From the NCBI GenBank assembly GCA_951406725.2, contig OX597831.1, forward strand, positions 15,748,001 through 15,812,000: a stretch of DNA of 64,000 nt, in the 5' to 3' direction. The DNA is from Octopus vulgaris. Its lineage: Eukaryota. Below the pieces are notes generated by a model. The model searched no databases, was not told the DNA's origin, and saw nothing but the letters and a program-made list of their open reading frames with translations. Positions 1-17,121 of the stretch are shown piece by piece. A program made the translations under genes and the position numbers. Each line of letters opens with the position of its first letter. The stretch's first letter is position 1.

Positions 1-604
1 AGCTGAATTTGAGATTAAACAAGAGGAAAACATGTTACATGCTATATACTTCTTTATATATCATTACAATTATAGAATTATTTAATAATGCGGAAGTTCA
101 CTGCTCATATTCGGAATATTCGTCAGATTTCACCAGACCTGCAATGTGACAAAAATATGTTCAATAGAGTGGTTTTAGCAGAGGTAATCTTTTATTCTTT
201 GAAATAAACATGTAATTATAAACGTAATTTTAAGGAAAACGTATGTTTAACTGATTTCTGTGCGTTTTCTCGTGTTTTATCCTTCACCTCTTAAAAACCG
301 CTGTTTGTTTGATGACGTCTCCGTATCATTCTCCATTTGCGAAATGGCACCAATAGTATAAATACTGGAGTTGTTTTCTTGTACAGAACCCTTAAATGTG
401 GTGCTCTAACATGACCGCAGTCCTACGATAGAAACAAGCAATACTATGCTAAAGTTGCTGTACAGTTCTTTCTTATATATCTCTCGCATTTTATATAGTC
501 TACTTTGTGTATATCGCACCAAGATAATATTGGGAAGTGAACGAAGACATAAATAAATAATAAACTATAGTAAAATAGAAACATGTTATAATTGCAATAG
601 TTAC

Positions 605-649
605 CGAATGTTAAACTGCTTCCAACTAGTTAACTCTTCGACGGTCGTA
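605..649 (-). CDS. Gene A exon 4 (45 nt): TTVEELTSWKQFNI(R)
   Basis: tttttcag acceptor, gtaact donor; WKQFNIR conserved in all copies. Confidence 0.75.
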
Positions 650-1629
650 CTGAAAAAAATATTTCATATATTAGGATTCATATTAATACCCCCTATTCCA
701 AGTTCATTTTTTATCTCCAGAGTTACGTTCATCAATTGGATTCAAGTTCATTATACAAATACCTATGTGCTAAGTTTCAACTGTTTGAATTATTATGAAG
801 AATTAAAGCAGATTCTTATTTATTTCGTTATCGCGTTTAAATTTTGCATGATATAGTTTTTTCTCATTGTGTGTGAAATTATAAAAATATTACAATTGCA
901 AGTGTAATATCGCTAAATATGTTGCTTGGAATAAACACAGGAAATTTGATCGATGTTATCGTATTGCCACTATATCATCGATTATCTAACGTTTGTGTAC
1001 CGAGTTAAAAACAAGAATCGGTACTACACGAGATCTAATTGACCAAACGCTATAAGTGTACAGCATTTGGTTGTCATTCGCATCGATTTAATGGTAGACC
1101 AATATTTCAATGATAAATATTGTTTCGAATTATGGGACAAAGCTTGTAGGATACGAATTTCAATGATGAAATGTCATGATGCCAGTGGACACTACACGTG
1201 TTACTAAGTCCATTGTTTCGTGGAATCTTTCTCTTGCAACAACTAATAACAATATACGTTACAAAAGATGACATGTTTTGTATTTCAAATATGAACTTCA
1301 TTTGAATGAATGAGAAAAGTTTGTACGCTATCGTCTCACTGAATAAACTAATGTAAGTGTCATTTAGAATGAATTACGCACAAACAAAGTAAATTAAATT
1401 AATTACCGCAGGAATGCAATGATCAGTAAAAAGGTTGTGGAAATAGTGACCACAGTCTGCACGCACATCTTTTAGGCAATCATAATAATAAATCCAACGT
1501 CTGTAAGATAAATATAAAAAGGTTTTCATTTCGGATGTATTAATGTCACTGTCAAGAAATGGTGATTCTCGAACTACGAGAGCTTACCATGTATACGGTT
1601 CTGTAATCGGTGCTTGGCAGAGTGCTTAC

Positions 1630-1653
1630 AAGTTCTTGCATATAAATCATTTA
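1630..1653 (-). pseudogene. Gene A exon 3 (24 nt): K*FICKN
   Basis: aaatcag acceptor, gtaagc donor; TGC>TGA relative to paralogues. Confidence 0.65.
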
Positions 1654-1699
1654 CTGATTTATATTAAATCGAATTCTCTTGTAACCGAAAAAATCTTCA

Positions 1700-4400
1700 T
1701 TTTTTTTAGCTGTCTTGAAAACAACTTGCAAGTGTTGGAGTTCCACCCTATCAAAACATTTCGATTGATCCCAATTGGTGAGCACTCCAGACATGCCACT
1801 TTCCTTACCCACCTTCTCTATTATGTAGCGCGTGGGGTGCATTTTGTCGTGAATATTACTGTTTGGGGTAGCGCCAGTCTGCGCGTCAATAATCAGCTCA
1901 TTAACAAGTGTCAGCCCCTTGGCTACTACTGTATAATCGACATAAAGCTGAGTTATAGACTGAAAATTATCCATTTTGTCTCGCTTATTCGACTTCTTCC
2001 TCAACATTACCACCACTCTATCCATGGCTTAAGCACTAGGAATTTTCCCATTCTGTTGCCAGTTGTAGACGTCAGCCAAGAAACTATCAAACAAGTCTGA
2101 CAAATTTAAATAAAACTCGAAGGCCAGACCATCCCAACCCGGAGATTTCTCTCTTGCGCAGTCCGTTATCGCATCCCATGTGTCTTCTGCTGTTATTAGC
2201 ATTTCGCAGAACACCGCATCCCTGGCTGAGAGGCGCGTCATGTTGCTGATTTAAGAGGTGTAATTCACTACCGTCCTAGAATCACTGCGCGCTCCATACA
2301 GTTCGGTGAAGTGCCACCGAAATACTGCCCACTTTGTCTTGCATTGGGTTATCATGCTCACGCAGACTGAATTGTTGATTTGTATCGACGTAGTGCTTGG
2401 GTCATCCGGACCCATCAAATGGCTTTCGTCCCTTCTCGTCTTAGTGCAAGTGTCCTAGCTTTGACACCCTAACCTTCATGCTTCACATTTGATAATTGGT
2501 CAAGTATCAATCTCGCTGCAGAAAGCGCCGACCGCTATTCCTTCCCATAGAACCACTTCTAGCTCCGTTATTAGGTCACTCCCTATCCTAGATTCCTCTA
2601 ATGCTGTTACTAAAATCTATCGCCACTACTATTAGAGGCCGTTTTAAGAGTATCTGCCATCCGTTGTTTATTGCGCTCGCCATCTGTGAATGGGCTAACT
2701 TGCTAACCTGGACTACGAAAGTTTGGCCTACCTGTAAGGACGCCTTTATCTTCCAGTTTCGAGAACTGCAAATATCGCCGGCCGTTATTCCTTCCCCTAT
2801 CGCCACTTCTAGCTCCCTAACTCGGTCTCCCTCTGTCCTAGATTCACCTAACACTATGATTAAAATTTTCTGCCTCTAGTATAACAGGCCGTTTTAAACC
2901 TACCATCCGTTATTGACTATTGCACTCGCTAACTCTCGATGGACTAACTTGGTAACCTGTTCTATGAAATCTTCGCTCGCCAGGAAGGATGCCTTCAGCT
3001 TTCAGTATCCAGGACACTCTCAGACGTACAGATCACAAATTTATGGTCCGCGTAGCCGACGATTTTGAAATGAGGATAACTCATACTACTTGTATGTACA
3101 GGCCATCTGAATACCATCTGGAAGGCCCGATGCACTTCGACCATCTTCACATTGGGGTATTCAGTAACTGTCATCCAACTGGAAGGAACGTGGCAGGATT
3201 GTGCGGTTTTTACACCCCACTTCTCCTATCAGTATGAATAAATCAGGATGCCCTGCCCCCGTGTGGGTGTTAACAGCAACCACTCATTGACCAAAATCGT
3301 AATCTGCGGTTCCAGGAAGATCATTCGAACTTCGAAATGCAAGCTTTCCTACAGAGCAGTGTGACATTGCCTCCCATTACGGGCCGATAACAGATTCGAT
3401 AATCTCTTAATCGTCGAAAATGAATATAAATTAACGTGTGTCGTAAATTCCAGCCTAACTGGCTGCTATCATATCCAAACCTAGTGACCTGACGTCCTTG
3501 AGAAAGCGACCTGTCTTCCAGGGTGGTTTCAGGTCAGGAACATTTAGACAGACTACTGAGACAATCGCAAATGTTTCACGCGGAAAATCTGTCTGGATTT
3601 CTGTGTATGCTTGGAGGGGTAGACCATGGGTGTTGTAAATTGCAAACATTCTCTCAATCTCCTTGTTTCTGGTTGAGAGCCAACAAATATTTGTTGTGTC
3701 ATCTCACGAGCACTAAATTCGATTTTTCCGTATTGGTGACTGTGAGCATGGGGGCTACGTGTAGTGCCTCCGTGTGGTTGTGGGTGCATTGATCGACTTA
3801 GCTCGGGTAGTGGTGATTGTGCGAATGTTGGTGCAGGTGTTGTTTCTGTTGTGTCTATTTTCAATGTGTTCGGGGTGTGGGGGATGCTGTGTTTTCGGGT
3901 GTTGGTGTAGGATTCTCTGTTTTCTCTTCGTTTGAGGTGGAAATGTTCTCTGTAAGATCTGTCACGGATTGGCAGTGTGTCTGTGTTAGTGTTAGTCTCT
4001 TTGTGTAATTGTATGCATGAGACAGGTTACGAGGAGTCCCTTTTCAATGATACTCTGAGTGCATTCCCCCATTGAAAGAGGCTCAAATACGTCAGTCGTT
4101 TATGGAGATGAGGCTATCACTTCATTAAGAGATATCGGCCGTTGCTCTTGCTGGGGATGCAATGTAGTCTTTTTCGGGCAGAAGTCACTGAGGTGGCATG
4201 CGGGACTACAGATGACGTATCTTGATTTCCTGACTTCCACGTCGAGACATAGTTCCAGCTCTTTGGACAGCAGGGTCACGTCCGGGATCTTCTTGATATC
4301 TGGATTTACATAGATTAATAATTTCAAGTTGATCTCACACAAAGTTCTCATGCCTCACCCGTTTTACCTCCAAGAGTGACTCTGTTTTATGCACGACACA
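1700..4400 (-). mobile_element. Degenerate L1/Tx1-like LINE in intron 2 of gene A
   Basis: Broken RT motifs KSPGWDGLAFEFY and DQSKCFDRVE; ORF1-like knuckle remnant at 4100-4351. Confidence 0.75.
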
Positions 4401-5095
4401 GATAACAATCCAAAACACGTGTACTCCCCAAAGCACGCTATTTACGCAAATTATAGTTGTTATCTTTGGGAGGTAGGTGGGATATTGACGACAAACTCCT
4501 TAGGCCACCGAGGTGGCACAGCATGACTTCGGGCGAGACCCTCGCTTTTAAAGGGGACCTCAAAGCTGGTAAACTGCTTCCCTCTCTGTATATGTGCCTC
4601 ATCTATGAAGATATCTCTGAGGAATTCCTCGATGTGACTAATGAAATCAGTTTCTGCTCATTTACTTCTTCTCTATTGCCTCTATTATTTCGGTTGGTAC
4701 GAGCACTACAACCTTACATCATCAAAATTAATGATGTCTTTCGCTTTTGAGAGTTCACGTGTTTTGTCCTCGAGTGTGATTGCAAACATTTCTCTCTTCG
4801 TGATCGCTTCATCAGCAAACATTTTATTTTTGTCATTGTTTTTTTTGTTGTCGTTGCTGTTTTTATTCTTGTTACGTCTGTGCTATTGTTGCTGCTGATG
4901 GTGGTGGTGCCGTTGTGGCCACTTTACCTGTTGCCACATTCACAACTATTGTCACCTTTATTTCCCTCCAATCCGCTTTGAATAATAGCATTATTTTTTC
5001 CGCTAAAATCCGTAGCATTATTAATGAAAACGCAATATCTTCTACTATTGTCACTCCTACCTCTTCTGGTGGCTTGTCATCTTTACTAATTGTAA

Positions 5096-5138
<43 letters not shown>

Positions 5139-5144
5139 TGCCAC

Positions 5145-5301
5145 AGGCTTCTTTCAGTTTCCGTCTACCAAATTCATTCACAAGGCATTGGTCGGCCCGG
5201 GGCTATAGCAGAAGACACTTGCCCAAGATGCCACTCAGTGGGTGAACCCGGAAACATGTGGTTGGTTAGCAAGCTACATACCACACAGCCACTCCTGCGC
5301 C
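5145..5301 (-). mobile_element. tRNA-derived SINE
   Basis: Minus-strand GTGGCTGTGTGG A-box and GGTTCA B-box; second copy at 16985-17121 plus 19337-19368. Confidence 0.75.
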
Positions 5302-5360
<59 letters not shown>

Positions 5361-5376
5361 TAACAATAATACGTAC

Positions 5377-5476
5377 ACGCATTCTTTACTGACTAATGGC
5401 GATGGCATGGTTGCTCTCCATCTATTCCTGCAATAACTAATGGCCAGATTTTCACACATGTTTAGAGCAGCAGCAT
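5377..5476 (-). CDS. Gene A exon 2 (100 nt): (D)AAALNMCENLAISYCRNRWRATMPSPLVSKEC(V)
   Basis: tcttttag acceptor, gtacgt donor; same length, phase and three Cys in all three paralogues. Confidence 0.85.
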
Positions 5477-6132
5477 CTAAAAGATTTTCCATTTATTTAT
5501 TAATAATTAGTGATACATATATTGTATGTACAATAATTAGTTTTATAAATGAAAGCTAAATAAAAGACAAAAATAACCAAGCTAATTCTGAACAATCTTT
5601 TGTTCTTTTTTCTAAAAGTCACCTTGTAAACACGGTTATAACGCGTACATACCGATGTAAACATTGTCAGAGACATTTAGTTCAAACAAGTGATATCTGT
5701 CATTATATATAATTTGAACATTAATTTTCTTCTTACATTTCCCATTCAATAGATATATCTTATTCCAAGACAATAGGGTTCTATTTAGTTTTACATATCG
5801 TTAAATAAGTCTCAATTATTTGGGTTTTTTTCTTTCCTTTACCGCTCCTCCTTCTATAGGCTTTCTTTGACGTTATAACCTCTAATGTTTCTTGAACAAA
5901 CATAATAGTGTTCAGTTCATTAATATAAACATGCATTTTATTCAGTTCAAATGTCTTATCGATGAGTTTCATTTCTTCATTTCCCTGAAGAGTAGATTAC
6001 ATTGTTTCACCCCACTTCATTCCTTTGAAACAAAACAGTGATATCTTCAAAACATGTGAAGGAAGAAAAAACATTTGAATAGCACCAGCCTTTAACTCCA
6101 TTTATTTATTTATATGTATGCATGAACGCATG

Positions 6133-6213
<81 letters not shown>

Positions 6214-6218
<5 letters not shown>

Positions 6219-8700
6219 CATTTACTTCCTCCCCAATATCCACAAACCCAACAACACTGGCCGCCCCATCGTCTCCGACTGTAACTGCCCCACGGAGCTC
6301 ATCTCTAAATACCTCGACCGTGTCCTTGCCCCCCTAGTGGCATCTCTTCCCTCCCACATCCACGATACCAACCATGCTCTCCGGCTTTTCAACTCTTTCT
6401 CCTTTCCTCCCGGCTCCTCCAAAATCCTTTTTACTATGGACATCCAAAGCCTCTATACTGTTATCCCTCACCACGAAGGACTGCAGGCCCTTCGACACTT
6501 TCTTGACCTCCGCTCTAACCCTGTACCTGACACCTCCACACTCATTCGTCTGGCCGAACTTGTCCTTACTCTGAACTGCTTCTCGTTCGCGGGCGAGTTC
6601 TACCATCAGGTCTCGGGAGTGGCCATGGGAACGCGAATGGGCCCCAACTATGCGAACCTGTTCGTTGGCTATGTTGAGGCCCAAATATTCTCTAATTTCA
6701 CTGGTCCCACTCCTGAACTATATGGTCGTTATATTGACGACATTATCGGTGCCACCTCACTCTCCCGTGAACATCTAGATTCCTTCCTCTCTTTCGTCCA
6801 ATCTTTCCATCCAGCCCTCCACTTCACTTCCACTATCTCCAACACCTCTGTCTCCTTCCTCGACATTTCGGTTAGCATTCTTCACTCCACTCTTACCACC
6901 TCCATTCACTACAAACACACAGACTCACACTCACACCTCAACTTCTCTTCCTCCCACCCAGAACACACCAAGCTTTCCATCCCCTATTCCCAATTCCTCC
7001 GTCTACGTAGGCTCTGTAGTGACGACCATGACTTTGAGACTCAGTCTCAACGTATGGCTCACCACTTCACCCTACGTGGATACCCCCTCACCACTATCCA
7101 CACCGCCCTTGCCAGAGCACGGTCCGTGGACCGTGTATCTGCTCTCTCTCCCCGAACCCGCCCTGTAGTCTCCCGCCTCCCTCTTCCCCTCACTTACCAC
7201 CACACGACCCTACGTCACCAACGCACCATTCTTCGAGCTTTCCGTCATCTCCAGTCCGACCCGTTCACTTCACACCTCTTCCCTAACTGACCCCTCCCCT
7301 CTTTCAAACGAGCCCACAACCTTCGAGACCTTTTGGTCCATAGCTCCTTCCCTGACCCTACCTCCCAACCCGGCTCGTTCCCCTGCTCCCGCCCACGTTG
7401 CCGCACTTGCCCTTACCTCTCCAACACCACCCGCCTCACTAGCACCCACCATCGACCCTATCCCATCATCCACTCCTTCACCTGCACCTCCAGCAATATT
7501 ATCTATTGCATCTCTTGCTCTCTCTGCAATTCCTTGTACATCGGACAAACGGGACGCCGCTTGGCTGACCGGTTCGCGGAACACCTTCGTGACATCCACC
7601 TTGCGAACGACACACCGGTCTCACGCCATTTCCGCTCCACCGGTCACTCCTTGCAACACCTATCTGTGTTCGGTTTGTCCTTACACAGAGGCCATCCGGA
7701 TTCCCGTTTGCGCCGTGAACAGGAATTAATCTTCTCTCTTCGCTCTTATACGCCATTTGGTTTCAACTCTCCCCCCTCCTCATCTATCCCCCTCTCCCCC
7801 CTCCTCACCTATCCTTTCTCCCCCCGACCCCTACTTCTTCAGTCCTTCATCCTTTCATCCCTACTCCCCTTCCCCTCTTTCTCCCTCCCTCTTCCCCTTC
7901 CCTCTGCTCCATCTCTCCCCCTCTCCCTCTTTCCTCCTTCATCCCCCTCCTCCCCTTCCTTCTCCCCCATCCTCTCCTCTTCCCCCTTCTCATCCCCTCT
8001 TCTTCCCCTCCCCTTCTCTCCCCCTCCCCCTCTTCTCCTCACTACACCACATGACTTTACACATCACATCACATATGATGTGACATACTAATACACACAC
8101 CAACTAATACATACTAATACGTACTAATACATACTAGTACATACTAATACTTACACCAACCCTATACATACACACGTCCAGACCCCGCATACGCACTTAT
8201 ACTCTCTCACACACACACCTATACATACTAATACGTACTAATACATACTAATACATACTAATACATACACCAACCCCATACATACGCACGTCCAGACCAA
8301 TCCTATGCACTAATACTCTCTCATACACACACACACACACCCTTATACATACTAATACATACACCAACCCTATACATACACACATCCAGACCCCTCCCAC
8401 GCACTTTTAGCTGGTCCCTCAACCCTTTTATCAACCCTATTATCTCCCCTTATTTCGCTCTCGCGTCTCATGTTTGATCTTTGACCTCTGGCCGAAATCA
8501 GATCGCCATGTTGATTCGTTAGCTACTGCACGCATTTTTTTCTCTCCTCTTTCTGTGTTTTTCTCTCTCTGTGTATCTTTCTGTTGAAGAGCGTAGGCTC
8601 GAAACGTTAAAGACTTGTTTTATTTATATTTCCTGAGCGCCATACTAATACAATTGTTCGTTTGTTTTCCACCTGCCTTCATCTTTTGTTTATTTTCATA
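6214..8700 (+). mobile_element. Penelope-like retroelement, 5'-truncated, RT plus GIY-YIG
   Basis: RT motifs MDIQSLYT, GVAMGTRMGP, RYIDD; same-frame GIY-YIG (IIYCISC...LYIGQTGR...RFAEH) after a single TGA at 7288-7290; flanked by (TA)n. Confidence 0.92.
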
Positions 8701-8711
8701 AAGCTTCCCGT

Positions 8712-8743
<32 letters not shown>

Positions 8744-8759
8744 TATGTATATGTATATT

Positions 8760-8841
<82 letters not shown>

Positions 8842-9004
8842 ATGTATGTATGTATATATAAATTAGAGAAAAACACCTTTTATCAATTCAATAATGAAAG
8901 ATTACATTATACCTTTAAGAAAAATTACATATTAGAGGAAGATTAAATATAAGATAAAACATATAGAAATGTTTAAGTAATGTGCGAAATGAAATTTGGT
9001 AGAA

Positions 9005-9088
9005 AGTTGACACGTGTTTCGTGGCTATATTTAAGAAATGATAATAGTAAAATCACTTCAATATAAATAAAGCCACTTTTCAGGTTAA
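9005..9088 (-). ncRNA. Degenerate hammerhead-like motif (PLE terminal remnant)
   Basis: CTGAAAA-gtggct...agccac-GAAAC-acgt-GTC; core G8 is altered. Confidence 0.45.
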
Positions 9089-9228
9089 ATTAAAAGCAAT
9101 AAAATTATTAATGAGATAAATTAATGAAAATACGTAAAAAATCATATAAAATACAAACTTTCTTAAACAAATATATTCTTGTTTAAAATAGAATAAAAAA
9201 TAAGATAAAATTAATTCAAATATTTAAG

Positions 9229-9289
<61 letters not shown>

Positions 9290-9813
9290 CATATATAATA
9301 CAAAATATACATTAAATGAAAACTAAATACTATAATTTAATTAATATACATGAAATTAAATAATTAATTAATTTATTAATTTAATAAAGATCTAAATAAA
9401 ATCTTATACTCATTAAGTAATTTATATTACAATCCTTAATGTGCAGTAATATAAATAATGTTAGTACAAGCTATAAGTATTAGAATTAATAATAGGAAAT
9501 GGATTAAATATAAACACATCTATTAGATAAACTAACTATATTATTAATATATATGTAGTATATGCAGATGTAATATATTACTCAAATATATAGTTCACCA
9601 AAATATCAATTAATATGAACCTAATTTACTTAAATGTAATACTACGTAATAAAAAGTCCATCTAACTTTTATATAATTTATCGACACACAAAACTAAGTG
9701 TTAAATTTAATTAAATGTAATTCGTTAAAATTAATAATAATCATAAAACCTAATAAATAGATAGATATACATAACGTAACTAATAGTTATTAAGAATTCA
9801 TATATAAATTAAT

Positions 9814-9848
<35 letters not shown>

Positions 9849-9979
9849 AAATAATATTAATAATAATAGTAATGAAAACAATATTAATAATAATAATACT
9901 AATAATATTATTAATAATTGTAATACTAATAATAATAAAAATAAAAATAATAATAATAATAATAAAAATAATAATAATG

Positions 9980-12873
<2,894 letters not shown>

Positions 12874-12875
12874 TT

Positions 12876-14176
12876 TATTTTTCTTCTTTCCATTTCTTGC
12901 CGAATGTCTTCCCGAGTCCTAGGGCAAAGAAACTCATAGTATATATTGGTAGTCCATTAAACCAAACTCAATAGTTCGTTCATTTTTTTTTTTAAATACA
13001 TGAGCAGCAACAGTTCTCACATCGACAATGCTCTTCTCAATACGTGTGATGTACCAGTTTAGACAATATTTTGCACTTCTTGCAGGGATGGTAATCCAGG
13101 GATCATTCTCATATAATTTTCAGTTCCCATCTTGATCATTCCTACTGCCCCTACGATCACTGGTATTGTAACCGCCTTGAGATGCCACATTTTCTCAATT
13201 TCAATGAGTAGGTATTTATATTTTCTGAGCTTGTCAAACTCTTTCGCTGAGATATTATGATCACAGGGTATGCTCATGTCGATCAATAAGCAAACTTTAT
13301 TGTTTTGGTCTTTCACAACAATATCTAGTTTATTGGCCTTGATGGTTCGGTCTGTATGTACTGGAAAGTCCCACAAAATGGTTACCTTTTCTCCTTCAGT
13401 TACAGCCTCAGGGTGGTGATTATACCACTTGTCGGCAGTTTTGATATTGTAATGCCGACTTATTAGCCAGTGGAGATATAGGCCAACTATGTCATGTCTT
13501 AATTTATACTCCACTGGTGCTAAGACTTTAAATCCAGAGCTTAGGTGGTCCACTGTTTTAATCATGTCGTTGCAGAATCGGCATTTTAGGTCTGCTCCAT
13601 TTTTCATCACATTGGCCTGGTAGTTCCGGGTTAGTAGGCTTTGATCTTGAGCAGCCAGGATGAAACCTTTGCGCTCTGCTTTTAGCCCTGAGCTCCGTAG
13701 CCACTGATGGGTTTGCTTCTGGTCAACATCAGCTTGTTTGCTACGGGCCACATATTTGCCGTGCAGAGGTTTCTCCTCTCGCCTATCAGCCAATTGCTCG
13801 TGCGCTTTTTTCGTTGCCATTATTTTCACCTTCTTTGCAACAATAGTTGCCGTACTTCCGTCGGGTTGTTCAGTTTGGGTATCCTGCACGAAATCAATAG
13901 CAAATTTTTTGCTTTCCTTTATGATAGAATGCAGCTTCTTTCGTCTCTCGTGATTTTCCACGAGCTTTAGCATCCAGTCATTGGATATATCGAGATATTT
14001 GGCCAGTCCAATTGTGGTTATTTTTTAAGCTAGTTCAAATTGGATGAGGCCTCAACCTCCTTGGGCTCTGGGAAGGTAAAGGCGATCTACGTCTGCCTTT
14101 GGGTGGTGCATCCTATTACATCTCAGCAACTTGCGTATTTTCCCATCTATATTCTTTACTTCACTCATATTCCAGT
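12876..14176 (-). mobile_element. Dong/R4-type LINE 3' fragment (subfamily of 38480-40570)
   Basis: ORF 13059-13973 with AAQDQ, CRFC and LLIDMSIP motifs. Confidence 0.9.
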
Positions 14177-14211
14177 TTTATTATTATTATTATTAATAAT
14201 ATTATTATTAC

Positions 14212-14284
<73 letters not shown>

Positions 14285-14359
14285 TTCATCATCATTATCA
14301 TTATTTTTATTATTATTATTATCATTATTATAATTATTATTATTATTATTATTATTATT

Positions 14360-15620
14360 TTTCTATGTTTGAATTTTGCTTTATATTTGTACAAGTTGGC
14401 TCCAAGTCACACCCAGAGACCTCAAGAGGTCAACAGTTTGGAAGTTCATGTTGTTGTTATGCCTAGTGTGCCATATATTGGGGGAGGGGTTTGGTGTTGT
14501 ACTAATGAATGTCGAAAAACATTTTTTTTTTTTTAAACCGAAAATTATGTTTGTTTTAAACCTTGAGATTACATAGAAAGTATTTTGCGTAGGTTATGAA
14601 CAGTTTCCATGAGCACTATCTTTTGAATTTCTGCCATTTTGGGGTTTCCTGTTATCTGAGTTAGGTAGCTATCAGCCCCTTTTGCTATCATTCCCAGGGC
14701 ACCTATGACAATAGGTTTTGTTTTAGTCTTCAGCTTCCACATTTTGCTGATTTCTATTTCAAGATCTTTATATTTGTTCAGTTTTTGGTAGGTCTTGACA
14801 GATACGTTTATATCGATTGGTACAGTCATATAAATGAGGAGGCATGTTCTTTGTTTGAAGTCTTTCAGTATGATGTCTGGCCTATTTGCATCTATCTTTC
14901 TGTCAGTTTGGATGGTGAAGTTCCAGAGGAGTGAGATGTGGTCATTTTCAAGCACTGGGGGTGGTTTGTGTTCCCACCAGTTTTTTTCATGGGGCAAATC
15001 CAGGTTTTGCAGATAACCCAGTGAATATATTGTGCCGCTATATCGTGTCTGTTGAGATACTCTATAGGCGCTAGAAGACTGCACTTGGAGACCACATGGT
15101 CAATGGTTTCATTTTGTTGCTGGCATACACTACTCGTTGGACTTCTGATCTTTAATATGTTGGCCTGGTAGTTTCTTGTTGGTAGGCATTAATCTTGAGC
15201 TTCTTTGATAAACACCTCTGTTTCAGATTATATGCCAGGGGCCATTAGCCGTCGATGGGTCAGGGCTTTGACAACATCTGCATTATTTGCTCTCTTTGGG
15301 TATTTGCCATAGAGAGGGTTTTTTTGCCATTTATCATTCATAATATCTAAGGCCGCAGATTTATCACGGGTTTTCATGCGCTTAGCTTTTTCTGTGCCTG
15401 TTTCTTGTATGTCTATCTCTAATTCCGAATTTTGTTGTATTCGGAATCCACTTAGATATTCTTTTGCCTGTTTTGTTACTGAGTATGATGATTTCTTGTT
15501 TTCATGTTTTGTGACAAGTTTTAACATCCAGTCCTCAGATATTTTCAGGTAGGTGTCTAGGCCAATTGTAGCAATCTTCATTGTTATTGCCATTTGTAAA
15601 AGTCCACGGCCTCCCTCTTT
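14360..15620 (-). mobile_element. Dong/R4-type LINE 3' fragment (third subfamily)
   Basis: NRPDIIL...KYKDLEIEI...PIVIGALG. Confidence 0.85.
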
Positions 15621-15673
15621 TCCTCTTCTTCTTCTTCTTCTTCTTCTTATTATTATTATTATTTATTATTATC

Positions 15674-15729
<56 letters not shown>

Positions 15730-16387
15730 TATAATCAAACTTAATACAATTCAAAAGTTAAATAACATTGTTAAATATAAAAACATTACTTTGTCAATGA
15801 AAATAACATAACTGAATTTTAAACGTAAAACTGTAGGTCTTAACGTTTATATGAAATTAAAATCCTGAAGACGTAGTGTAAAAAAATAGAATAAATGTAT
15901 CAATGAAAATGACGAAATATATTTATTCGTGAAAAAGGCGAAAATATTTTAGGTTTATGAATTAAAGAAAAATAGAATGACAATTGAACTATAAATCGCT
16001 ATTTACTATAGATTAAGTACCAAATATTTATTCCGTAAACAATACATATGACATAGAATAAATTTATATTACTATAACTAATAGGTCTTAGTAAAAGTAT
16101 ATATTATCATCTATGTATTAGGAACTATCTAAATTGAAAATTATTCAAATATATAAATATAACATATAATAATATAGTAAATTATACACTAATACTACTA
16201 AATTATATCTACAAGAAATAAGGTTTTATACATACGGAATAATAAGCTAAACGTGTCATATAGGTAAATAAAATTATGTTAGCATTTAATTTTAAATGAC
16301 TATTTATTATAAATTTAAAGTCCAAATATTAAATAATTAAATATATATATTATATTTAAATTAATTAACATTACTATTATTAATATA

Positions 16388-16717
16388 TCAGTGGTTAGAG
16401 CGTCGAGCTTACGATCGTGAGGTTGTGAGCTCGAATCCCGGACCGGGCTGCGTGTTGTGTTCTTGAGCAAGGCACTTTATTTCACGTTGCTCCAGTTCAC
16501 TCAGCTGTAGAAATGAGTTGCGACGTCACTGGTGCCAAGCTGTATCGACCTTTGTCTTTCCCTTGGATTACACTGGTGGCGTGGAGAGGGGAGGCTAGTA
16601 TGCGTGGGCGACTGCTGGTCTTCCATAAACAACCTTGCCCGGACTTGTGTCTAGGAGGGTAACTTTCTAGGTACAATTCCATGGTCATTCATGACCGAAG
16701 GGGGTCTTTACCCCTTT
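16388..16717 (+). mobile_element. tRNA-derived SINE
   Basis: tcagtggttagagc...tcgaatcc head; near-identical copy at 19418-19752. Confidence 0.8.
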
Positions 16718-16838
16718 AATAAGTTTATTTTATTTTTTTATTAATTAGCTAAACCTATTATATAGGTAATTTAATTTGTTTACATTTAAGTTGTCAAGCA
16801 ATGCTAGGGGGACAAACATAGACACACAAACACATCCG

Positions 16839-16960
<122 letters not shown>

Positions 16961-17121
16961 CATATATATATATACATATATGACAGGCATCTTTCAGTTT
17001 CTGGCTACCAAATCCACTCACAAGGCATTGGTCGCCCCGGGGCTATAGCAGAAGACACTTGCCCAAGATGACACGCACTGGGACTGAACCCGGAACTATA
17101 TGGTTGGTTAGCAAGCTACTT

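Noticed and set aside
1204-1231. Possible extra exon ERFHE(T/I)MDL shared by A and C (about 51417-51444), with two silent differences
   Set aside because: 28 nt breaks the phase-2 chain, the donor is weak, and the region is deleted in B. It cannot be excluded without RNA data.
1647-1649. TGA at a conserved Cys codon as possible selenocysteine
   Set aside because: It occurs in one copy only and the 3' UTR needed to look for a SECIS is outside the window; a nonsense mutation is simpler.
1588-1653. Longer exon 3 using the downstream ATG|gtaagc donor
   Set aside because: In the phase set by exon 2 it reads into TAA in all three copies.
7757-8083. Pro/Ser-rich ORFs
   Set aside because: Polypyrimidine low-complexity tail of the Penelope element.
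8085-8405. Repeat-spacer-like array (catactaata units, about 110-bp higher-order repeats)
   Set aside because: Degenerate tandem minisatellite in the Penelope 3' region; no unique spacers and no cas genes, so not CRISPR.
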